Below are positions 39,152-49,252 of a stretch of DNA of 64,000 nt, one piece after another. The stretch covers positions 240,196 through 304,195 of the forward strand of contig NW_027192217.1 in NCBI RefSeq assembly GCF_041956535.1, read 5' to 3'. This DNA comes from Calcarisporiella thermophila CBS 279.70 (taxonomy: Eukaryota; Fungi; Calcarisporiellomycota). A model generated the notes under the pieces. The model did not search any database and was not told the DNA's origin. It worked only from the letters and a program-made list of their open reading frames with translations. Numbering within the stretch: the first letter of the stretch is position 1; every line of letters starts with the position of its first letter. Made by a program: the position numbers and the translations under genes.

Positions 39152-40809
39152 GCCGATAACTAGCTTAACGCGTTTAAAGCTCTGTCATCAAGACATAATG
39201 CAAAAGCAGTCACAAGATTGATTTAATACGCGATTATTCAAATCCCTGGATTAGAGTAGTACATTTGAGCGCAGGTGGATATATAAAGTAATATAAAGAC
39301 GTATATCAACATCAGCTAAAATCACATCACGATCCAGTTACGGGAAGCTAACGAATGGGATGATACCAATATACGTTTACTAAAGACACTGCTTGAGAGG
39401 AGAGCGCCTAAACTGCTTATCAACCAGTATTATTAGCACATCGGCTCTTTTAGTTCCATGGCGCATTATTCCACAGCTATCTGATCATTTTGCACCATAC
39501 AAAATAAAAGCTCCAAGATAAGTCTGAGAACCATTTAACTTCAACCTGCCTTCGCATCGTTAACGCAAAAACGGATAGATCTAGCATGAACTCGCTTAAA
39601 ATAATTAAAAAAGCAGGTTTGGTTTATTCTCAAGCAATGTCTTCGTTAGCTCCAGCATAGCATGAGTAACTTGTTAATGCGCAGCGCAACGGGTTAATAT
39701 TCAATTCCATATTACAGTAAGCTGGCTTACATAACCGTTCTTCTTTCAAGCCTTATTACGCTGAGTTTTCTTTCGGACGATCCTTTTTGAATTCCATATA
39801 TCCCCCTGGAAGCCCATTATTTAAGCGAAGTTTCTCGAATATTTGATTGTTTCATTCCCGGCATTTATGAAAAAGGAATAGTGACCGGCCAACTGTCCGT
39901 TGTGTCCCAGGACAGTCATGTATATTTTTGCATTGTTTTTTTTTCTATATTTACACCAATGACGCTCAGAACTAAAGAAGAGACTTGAGAAAAGAGGTGT
40001 CAAAAAAAGATTGCAATTTACTCCACTTGAATAGCGTATCTGAGGACTATCAATATATATACACCAAAACTCATTTTGAATGTGGACAATAGTAGTCGCA
40101 ACCATTAATGTATAGTGTATAGGAAAACCAGGGCATTCAATTTTTTTTTTTTTTGCTTCCCCTTTGTAGAGAAATGTATTTATATGTGTATGCATGCACA
40201 ACTTGACATAGTCTTCTTGTACTAGAATATACATACAGTGTGCTTATCTTTCAGGGGAGGCTTGAGGCATTTTGATGCATCGCAAATAGACAAATACAAA
40301 AATTTGGGGTTGAGAGGATAGTAATGCTGCTCGAACGCACAGTTCCTGCAAGTCCTATCGAGGCTTCTTAGGAGAATACGGTTCATCAGCGGACTGGTTT
40401 CCTTGCTGCAGTCTCTAAATTTTAAATTTCTTGATTCTTCAGAGTTAACCCCGCAATACCGGGGCTCCCAAACAAGCTCTCAGATTATTGAGGCGCGCCC
40501 TCTTTGGTCCCAGTTCTTGTTGAAGAGTGCAGCAGGTTTACATTTATTAGGATTCAGTCGGAACTTTTATAAAGAGCTAGTTATTGCAAGTTTGCTTTTT
40601 CTCTCGAAAACATTTTCCATTGTTTGGTTTACATAAGATATAACAAGCCGATTAATCTGACGCAGCTAGAGTGGGAGTATAGGCTTGTCTTGTTTTTTTT
40701 TTATCAGCGGCTATTGTTTGTTATTACTTGGCTTCTCAACAACAACCTTCAGCTTGCTGCGACGTACCTTGTTTTATTATAGCGCTTTTAAATAATTAAG
40801 TGCGATTTT

Positions 40810-41816
40810 ATGCTGTTATTTCAGGAAAAAGCTCTGCCTGACTTGAGAGGGGTCTCGCACTCGCGACGTTTGGGTCCGAATGCGAAAGCACCGGCTAGAG
40901 TGGGAGCTAGTAATTACGATATCCCGACGGCGGAAAGATCTCCAGACTTCATACAATATAAACAAGATTTACTGCTTGCCGATGGGCATGATGGATCCAG
41001 CACAAAACTCCCCGTCCCCGAGCCTGTTGGTGAATGGTCCTATATCGAATCCGATGGAATTTATGTTCCCTGCAGCTATAATGCCATGGTGTCAGCCTAT
41101 CCGTCGCCGACGATGTCTAATCTATGCCCCCCATTTCGATCTGCTGCTACAGTAAATTCCATGTCCTCCGCTGATACTGCCCGTCCCGTGGAAAAGTCGC
41201 AGCCGAATCCTACCGAACCAACTCCAAACCCACTGCTTGATATGAGTGAAGCGCCTTTCCCGGGACCCTTCGCCCTAGTACCTGCGGCCTCGAATAGCAG
41301 TCGCCCCCCACTTTCGTATGCGGCATTGATTGCACTTGCTATCGAATCTAGCCCTCAGAAAAAGATGACCGTGAGTGAGATATACGACTTCTTTCTCACC
41401 CGGTTCCCCTATTTCAAAACGGCCAAATGCACTTGGAAGGTATGGATATGCTGCTTCAGTCCAAACATCACCCAACTTGACCAATACTTCTTTCTCGATA
41501 GAACTCTATTCGGCACAACCTTACAATGAAGAACATTTTCCTGCGGGATCCACGGCCCAACAGTGAGCCGGGGAAGGGGGGACTATGGTCCATCAATTAC
41601 TCAGCTCGTGATTTGCCCCGCAAACGACGCTCTCCTCGTGGTGGGAGTTCAAGCCCGCCCACCGAGCTCCAAGGTGCCTGTGGTTATCACCCATATTGGC
41701 CCACCCAATTTCCCGGGGATCCTCATTTTTCACCGTTTCATGGATATCCCGCAGATATGATATCATCGCATCCCATACCAATAGCCATGCAACAAACTTG
41801 CTTTCAACCCAGTTAG
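40810..41816 (+). CDS. Forkhead/winged-helix transcription factor (5' end uncertain)
   Basis: RPPLSYAALIALAIESSP.KK.TVSEIY.F....FPYF.....WK | intron | NSIRHNLTM...F....R...PGKGGLW. Confidence 0.9.
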
Positions 41817-42582
41817 TTTTCCTTGTTTTTTATATTTCATGTAAAAATCCTTGTGAATTACAATGTTTCATCTTTTAACTTTCTGCTCTGCTTATTAATA
41901 ATTTTATATTGCCTTTTCTATTTTTGTAATCTGTTTTCTATTCCGACTTGCTCCTTTTTGTATTGTATCGTTGGGTGAAGAGGGAGCTATACCAAAAACT
42001 AGGAATTGCTGATCGTTTCTTTTTTTTTTCCCACAAAAATAACCAAGTTTATATTTTATGTTCAAATATAGAAGACCTGCTGAAGTTGCCAATTAACTGT
42101 ATTTAGCCAAGTCCAATGGGCGATGGTTAGAAAGTGGAGTTAGCTGACGAGGAGTTATTGGAGAAAAGGTTGCCACACTAGGGCTATCCACTCTTGGAAA
42201 TCGTAGGATAAGAGCAGAATAGAAATGCCTTCTACTCTATCAGATAATTTGGCGGCATATCCTAATGTATAGCAATGTATGGATCTTGCAAACGTGTGTT
42301 TTAAGGCGGTATGAGCCACATCGAATCGATTGGGAATCCAGCTCTTGGAGTTCAAAATTGCTTAGATAGCGCCTCTTCTGATGACCGGTAAGGTTTGCTT
42401 ACCAATTTCTACCGTGCTCTTCTCGAAAAACCTTGTCTATTTTTATCGCTTCTATATTAGTGGTGTATATGCTCAAATTTGGCTATTTGTTCCTCATTTT
42501 GTTTTGAGAGGGAGGTTGAATTCGACATTGGTTCACTTTACAATTTTCGTGTTTTGAATTCAAACCTTCGTCATTTTGCTCC

Positions 42583-43442
42583 ATGAGGAATATTCTGCAG
42601 CCTCTAATATTATTGTATTGTCTGGTTGCTGTATTGGGACAAGGAAGCACTGGTAAATGCATGTCTGATTCCCTCTTAGAATCACGCCCTGGCTAATCTC
42701 TTTAATTTAGGTCCCAAACCTCAGGACTCAAGTGGAAGTGCACCTTCTGCACTAAGTGAGACTGCTGTACAGCCGCGCCCTTCTACCGTTTCATCAACAA
42801 CCCTTCCGCCCACCACGTCCCCTGATCAGTGTGCCTCCACAAGTTGTCCCCTAATTGCCCCGATATGCCCCAAGGACTGTAGCAGTGATTGCGGTATCTT
42901 CAACCCGTGAGTGCGGTTGTTGGTCCTTTAATTAAATTTCGAATTCATTATTCAATTTTGAATTTGTTAGTAACCCATGCTGCACCAATCTGGGAGTGCT
43001 CTATTGCAAGCCCAAACCGAGTTCTGATCAATGTAATAACATAATGTGCCCCCAAATTGCCCCCACATGTCCACCGGAATGCCCGTTGATCTGCCATTTA
43101 CGCGTGAAGGACCCATGCTGCCCTCTTGCCGGAGAGGTTTTCTGTCCCGCACCCGACAATTCGCCCACTTCCTCTGTCACTCCCCCAGCAACCACGGTCA
43201 CTCAGACAAAGACTCAGTCGGCCACGGAGACGAAGGTCAATCCGCAAAATCCAACTAAGGGCGAGGAAAACCCGGATCCTGTGATCGTAACGAAGACCCA
43301 GCAGGCGTCGCCTTCAGCCAATGTGCCCCCCAAAAATTCGCAGCCGGAAGTTCCACCCAAGTTGATCAGCGGTGGTGAAGCTGTTCGTGCGGATACAACG
43401 ACCGCTCTCTTGATGGCCATTCTATTCACAATCTTGCTGTAG
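42583..43442 (+). CDS. Secreted, probably GPI-anchored protein with two 8-Cys repeat modules and an S/T/P-rich stalk
   Basis: Exons 42583-42652, 42711-42906 and 42971-43442; signal peptide; two C-x4-C-x6-C-x3-C-x3-C-x7-CC-x7-C units; ends ISGG...ALLMAILFTILL. Confidence 0.8.
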
Positions 43443-43806
43443 CTTGTTGTAAGTATTTCCATAAAGAATCATAAATTAGGTTGGTCTATTGTTGTATTTC
43501 CTTATCCATTATACCTGATTCTATCAGCTATGTTGTCTTATTTCAATGCTGTGTAATAAACGTGTTGCCCGATCAACATAAGAAAAAGCAGATTCATTTT
43601 AATCCGAATCAAATGTGAATAGGGGTGGAATATTAAGGCTTCAATAGAATTGCTAAACGAGCGGGGGGAACATCCATAAAGTACAGAAGCAAGAGAAGAA
43701 AGAGATGGAAGAAAGGAAAAAAAAAGAAATGAAAGTAGAGATGATAAATTACAAGAAGAAGAATCATTTCAAAAAGTATATATATAAATAATAAAAAGCG
43801 TCCCTT

Positions 43807-45149
43807 CTAAAATACACGGGCATAGGCTTCGTCGTCGCCATCCGACTCCTCACCTCCATCCGGCCGGGTGCGTTGTCGCTGCGAGTCCTCGGGCATCTCC
43901 ACCATTTGAAGGGGGGGTGGCAGCTGGCTGACCCGTTCGGCCTCAGCCAGCAGCCACTTTTCCGCCTCTGGGTTATAGGGATAGGTGTATCCATCTCCGA
44001 TTGAGTTTGAAACGGGTATAAACCAGAGCCATGGAGAAGGCCCCATCACACTCTTCCAGTTGCGTTGATATCCTATATACCACAAGTTCTGATCGCCCGC
44101 CACCACCACCTGCGGAGATCCCGATGGGAGCATCACCCGGACATAGACCGGACGCCCGTCTGAGATGGCCTCAATGGTTGTCTTGTTTAAGAGTATGTAG
44201 AAGAGATGGGTGAAGGTGAAAGCAATGAGCAGCAGCCCAAATAAACCAGTGACCACGCAGAGTACGGCAATGAATAAATCGAGTTCGGTGGTGCCCATCA
44301 CAGCCTTGGCCAATTCTGCCACCGAGGTTGCGAAGGTGAATATACACAAGAGAGCGGTGTACATGACGAAGAGGAAAAAGAGCTTATAGTTCCGGAAGCC
44401 AACGCATTGGTTCACCCAGGGGCAATGACTTAAAAGTACGATCGATAAGTAGGGGATAAAGGCAGAGCGAATGTGTGTATAGCTTACTGGTCCATTTTCA
44501 GCACGCACAAATCACAATCGGAGCAATGATGGCACCGGTCAGGCTTATTGCATCCGCATCGCTCACAATACCGGGGCGTTCCCTCGCGTTTGGTAATAGC
44601 AAACATTGGCATGGCAATTGTATCGTGCGTCATAGAGTGCAAACTCAGAGCGGAGGTGGAGGCATCATTGGTTTGCTCGGCTATACGCTTCTGGAGAAAG
44701 AGAGGGCAAAAAGAAATGAGAGATGGGGAGATCGAAGGGCGAAAATGGAGGAACCAACATTGGTTGGATGGCCTGGGTTTCGGGAGACGACTCTGATATA
44801 GCAAATGAGGGCAAAAAGGAAGAGAATGTGGAAGGGTATCAAGTAGCCGACTAAGACCGCAAATAAACATAAGCATTTTGCCATCCCTAAGAATCCTAAG
44901 CTAGCTCACCTGCTTGTCCGATCTTATTATCTCCAAGTAGACCTGCTATTATATCAGGGCAGAGGGGATGGAAATGGGATTAATTAGTCCTTTGTCATCC
45001 TATTCACTCATCTCATAGCGGCTGAACTTACTTGTGCATAACCGAATAACGAAAACATAGTAACCAAACGCAAGCAAGCCCACCACAACTACCGGAAGCA
45101 GATAGCCTACCGCCCTTGCAGCTGTGGGAAACCTGTTCTTATTTCCCAT
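43807..45149 (-). CDS. DHHC palmitoyl-acyltransferase (Pfa3/ZDHHC2-15-20-like)
   Basis: [47 protein letters not shown] motif; NW.SVMG....LWFIP...GDG..YP (PaCCT-like motif). Confidence 0.93.
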
Positions 45150-45513
45150 ATAAACTTATGGATGATGTCGAAGGTGCGGAGAGATTGCCGAATTGAGAAT
45201 GGGGAAGAAGACGAAGAGGTTATGCGCTGAAAAATGCTGCGGCCCAATGAGGCGTAATATTTGTCAAGTAATGAATACTTGAACAGTGAAATAGCGGTTG
45301 TGTTCTTTTATTCCGTATTGAAATTTCGATAAACCTTTTTTACCCTTGTTGTGGTTCGGATGATCTGTTGAGCTCCAATTCCGTCCGGTTAGCCAATCCC
45401 AACACATATTCCATTCATTTCTTTTTAGCAATCCTACTTGGAGAATACCATAGGCATCCACCCTCTTTAAGTGCGTTTTCCAGCTGAAGAGCAGCTAGGC
45501 TACTTTTAAAAAG

Positions 45514-46022
45514 ATGGGCTGCTGTGGGAGCAAGTGTCTTGCTACCTCCAGCCAGAGCGAGAACGATTTGCTGCTCCCGGTCAACCCCCCCTATAATGAA
45601 CCCGAACGCCCGCATTATGGAGCCGTGACGATGATAGTTGCCAAGGAGACGCTCGATCGTGTAGTTGAGCGCACGGCTGAGAATCTGATCAATATCGGGG
45701 CAACGGAGCAGAAGCATCTCACCGTCGATGGCTCGGAGCGTGCATCGGAGTACCGGGAATTATTAAGCGGTTTAACGCCTGCATTACCGACCCCTCCACG
45801 ATTGGTGCCACTAGAGCCCTGTGAGGCCCCGATGGGGGTGACTGAGGAGGAGGCTGCTTGGGTAATTGGTCCTCTTGCATTGACTTAGGCTGGCTACTTA
45901 CCATTCTGTTTTGGCAACCTTTGTACCAGATGGCGAAAGCCCTTGAAGAGGTGCATCAGGCCTTGCAGCGAGTCGAGGTCAAAAACGTAGAGAGCGTAGT
46001 CGTTCCGTTAAGCTGGTGCTGA
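45514..46022 (+). CDS. LAMTOR1: Ragulator/EGO scaffold LAMTOR1 (Ego1/Meh1)-like lipid-anchored protein
   Basis: MGCCGS myristoylation/palmitoylation N-terminus, acidic dileucine ENDLLL, L.RVV.RTAENLI, and a spliced C-terminus AL..VEVK.VESVVVPL. Confidence 0.78.
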
Positions 46023-46552
46023 ACGTAACCCATCTTTTCCACTCCATCCCATAGTCTTAGCCACTTTTTCTCTCCTATACCGATCTATTTAATGGCGAAT
46101 TGCTGCTATCCTCTATGCTATAGCCATGGGGATGATTTCTTTTGAGCCACCCTACCCTATCTTCATGGGCTGAAAGAAACTCTTCATCCCTATCTATTAT
46201 TTCTTTGACAATGCACCAAGTTTATTTTCTCTCCCGTCTTTGGCCGTCGTTGTCTCTCAATTCGATATCCCTTACTATGTTCTGCTCCCTTATTTTTACT
46301 GCTTGGCATGACCCTCCCCGAAATTTCTATCTATTATATTTTCCTTTTACCCCCATCGATTTTGCTTGTTTCTATTATAGCTTCATCTTGGATTTATTAT
46401 TAAAATAAAAAAGAGTCTGAAGAGAAAAAAGCAAAACAAAAAAGTAGCAACTTTTCACAAAAAGAAAGAAGAATATACTTAGCAATAGGGGGAGGGGGGG
46501 GGGAGAGAATAGTACAATAGTGGCGGTGCTGCAGCAGCTGCTCGGCTGCTTG

Positions 46553-48043
46553 TCATGTGGTGGCGGCGGCAGAGGCAGTGACTGTGGTAATAGGTGGAGG
46601 CGAGGTCGAGGCGGTGGGCGGTGATAATGATTCTTCCTTCTCCAGCACGATCTTGTTTTTTTCGCACTTCTCCACTTCCAAGACCACCTGGTCTTCTTGA
46701 AGCTCTTCGCCCCTATGGACGATTTGGACGCAGGCTTCCAGCACGCGCCCGAAGAGATTCTCGCCTTCCCCCCCTTCCTTCACACCCAGGACCCCGTCCC
46801 AGTGCTTGACGAGGATGGGCCCTGCGCCCACTCCCTTAATCGCCTCCAACCGATCGGTTAGCCTGGGGAGGAGCACGCTGACGACTCTTTTCACGCGTAT
46901 GTCAGCCCACTCTGCCCCTTCGACAAGCGCATCTGCCATTGCGGGTAAGTTCTGGAGGGGGGTTAGACACACTGCCTTTGCAAGAGCCGCGGAATTGTCT
47001 CCGCATTTACGCGCCCATACCCACCAGTGTGTTAGGCTTGGAAAGGACTCGCCTTGATCGCTCACCGGAATCTGATCCGGGTGCAGTCCGCGATCGTCGC
47101 CCGAGTCGATGCTCAGGGCCGCAGGTTCCGCGCGGGGGGGCGGAAATGGGTCCACCCATTCGCCCGAGTAGGCGCGACGCTCCTTGTCCCACCACCAGCG
47201 TAGATTGAGCACGGGGTCGACGCCTATGTAGGCGACATTTGGGTCGGCCGCGCGGGGATTTGGCCCCGGGCGAGAGCGGGAGATGCTGCAGACGAGGTGG
47301 TGCGGAGGGAGAGGATGGCCGGCGGCTGTCGTTGCGGGGGAGTGCCCGTTTTCCATGCGAATTGATTTGCGCGGGGAGCCGGAGGTGCGTGCGAGGGAGG
47401 ATGCGTGCAGGGGTTTCAGGGGGTGGTGGGGGTGTTTGGAGGGGGAGACGTGGGATTGCGAGTTGGCGGAGGTGGGGAGGGATATTGTCGTGTCCATTTC
47501 GTCGAGCTCGTCGAGCTCCTCCTCGTCTAGGTCGTCGTCATTGTCCGCCTGCTCGTACATGGATCTCGGCCGTTTTTCTCCGGACGACATCCGCGAGGGC
47601 GTTGTTAGGGTGGTGGAGGGGAGGGAGCCGGAGAGGGAGGCGCGGCCGAGGGATATGGAGGGGAGCGGGGGCAAATCGGAATCCTCGTCGAGGACGGATC
47701 GGATTCTTGCGGCGGTGGCGGCATGCGTGAAGGAGAGGGACGGCTTGGGCATGGCGGCGGGGATCTTGGGCGGCGTGCCGTTGAGATTCAGGTGTGAGTG
47801 CGAGGGCGAAAAGGCGTGGATGGAGGCGGACAGTGCATGCGGGGGGGTGGGCGGGGGCGGGAGGGAGTTGAGCTGGAGCTCCTCGCGCTGCTGAGCGGTG
47901 AGGTGCTGCGGCTTGACGGGGTGGCCGTTGGGCTGGAGCGGCCAATGCGTGCATCGCATGAGCTTGCTCCGACAGGGGCCGCAGAGGTGGTCGCAGCGCT
48001 TCTTCAGCGACCGGCAGCTGTCGCAGCGAAAGCGTCCCGACAT
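46553..48043 (-). CDS. Intronless putative transcription factor with an atypical Zn(II)2Cys6-like N-terminus
   Basis: MSGRFRCDSCRSLKKRCDHLCGPCRSKLMRC, then Pro/Ser/His-rich and acidic segments and a Trp-rich C-terminal domain; long GC-rich ORF. Confidence 0.7.
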   Translation of the reverse strand: MSGRFRCDSCRSLKKRCDHLCGPCRSKLMRCTHWPLQPNGHPVKPQHLTAQQREELQLNSLPPPPTPPHALSASIHAFSPSHSHLNLNGTPPKIPAAMPKPSLSFTHAATAARIRSVLDEDSDLPPLPSISLGRASLSGSLPSTTLTTPSRMSSGEKRPRSMYEQADNDDDLDEEELDELDEMDTTISLPTSANSQSHVSPSKHPHHPLKPLHASSLARTSGSPRKSIRMENGHSPATTAAGHPLPPHHLVCSISRSRPGPNPRAADPNVAYIGVDPVLNLRWWWDKERRAYSGEWVDPFPPPRAEPAALSIDSGDDRGLHPDQIPVSDQGESFPSLTHWWVWARKCGDNSAALAKAVCLTPLQNLPAMADALVEGAEWADIRVKRVVSVLLPRLTDRLEAIKGVGAGPILVKHWDGVLGVKEGGEGENLFGRVLEACVQIVHRGEELQEDQVVLEVEKCEKNKIVLEKEESLSPPTASTSPPPITTVTASAAATT

Positions 48044-49252
48044 GATCGTAATCCCAGGGTCTGGCTGCGGAATGAATCGGCGGAAATCTCCTAGCAATCG
48101 GATCACGCAGAAAAATGGAAAATGCAACGGGGGAGGCGGGCGGGGGCCGCGGAATGGTGCGTGATCAGGCGGAATGGGAAGCAGGGAGGGGCGGATTATT
48201 TATATTTTTTTTTATTTGTTGCGTGGCTCCCTGCACTAGCAGCGGTGACGCAGCCCGCAGGCATTCTGGTCCGCCAGTGGCCATGCCCCGTTTTCGCCGC
48301 AGGGCATTTTTTAGCCCCTATACACACTCAGCTGCGTCGTAAATTAAATGGTCCAGGGAGCCAATGTTTCTTCAGCCCTGGCGAGGGGAGCCCGGCGACC
48401 GATTCGCATTCCCGGCATCGGCGCGTCCCCGCACGGCCGGGCGGTCGGGGGCTGAGGGCCGGCGGCGGGAGCGCAAACGCGGCGTGGTTTGGGCTCGGCC
48501 GCCCCTTCACGCCTCGCCGCTTGGTGCCGGGGAAAGAGGAATGGCGGCGGCCCGGAAATGGCCAGCATCCTCCAATTCCAGGGCGCCAATTGCAGGCTCC
48601 GGCTCATGTCCGCTAGCTGTGCCGAAGCTCATGTTGATGGGATGCGCGAGCCGCTCGATGGGGGCGATGGCGAATTAGAGTTGCCGGCGACTGCGCTGGC
48701 GGGCGCCGCTGGGGACTATATCGGGAAATGCGTGGGGCTTGTTCGCTTGTGGCCGAGACAGGAGGGCGTGCCGCAAGCCCCGCTGAAATGCTGGAGCCTG
48801 GGGCGATCGCTTATCGGAGAGGGGGGCCCAGTGCGCGCAGGGCGCCATGCGCTGCCAAGTCCGTCTCGTCTTATGGAGACCGCCGTCCCATATGCCCAGC
48901 CGAGCCCGCGGATTAGAATTTCAGGCGACATTACACAAGGTGTTTCGAAGAATAACCTTAATTTTATTTGAGAACAAAAGCAGCCTCGCTGTTCTTGTTG
49001 TTGTCCGATCTTTAATGCCCGGTAATCTGCCCTTTGCCATCCCCTTGTCCATCCTTCTCTTGTCGTTCCCGCCTTCCTCATCCTATCCTCTTTGACGCGC
49101 CTCCGCTCTTAATCGCGGGCTCATCCTGCCATTTCGATTCCGTCTGGAAGCCCATCCTTATACCCCTTCATTACCCCCCCCCCCTCCATCTAGTATCCAT
49201 CCTTAATTTATTTGATCGATTTAATCCAATCCTAAAGCTATAATTCAAGCGC
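48044..49252. promoter_or_regulatory. GC/CpG-rich divergent promoter region shared by the Zn-cluster gene and the chitin synthase
   Basis: 1.2-kb head-to-head intergenic region rich in CGG/CCG and GGCGGG, ending in a pyrimidine-rich leader before the ATG at 49253. Confidence 0.55.

Noticed and set aside
39152-40809. Long intergenic region inspected for tRNA, snRNA, riboswitch or terminal repeats
   Set aside because: No cloverleaf, A/B boxes, TPP-riboswitch core or terminal inverted repeats seen by eye; a covariance-model search (Infernal/Rfam) would be needed to exclude ncRNA.
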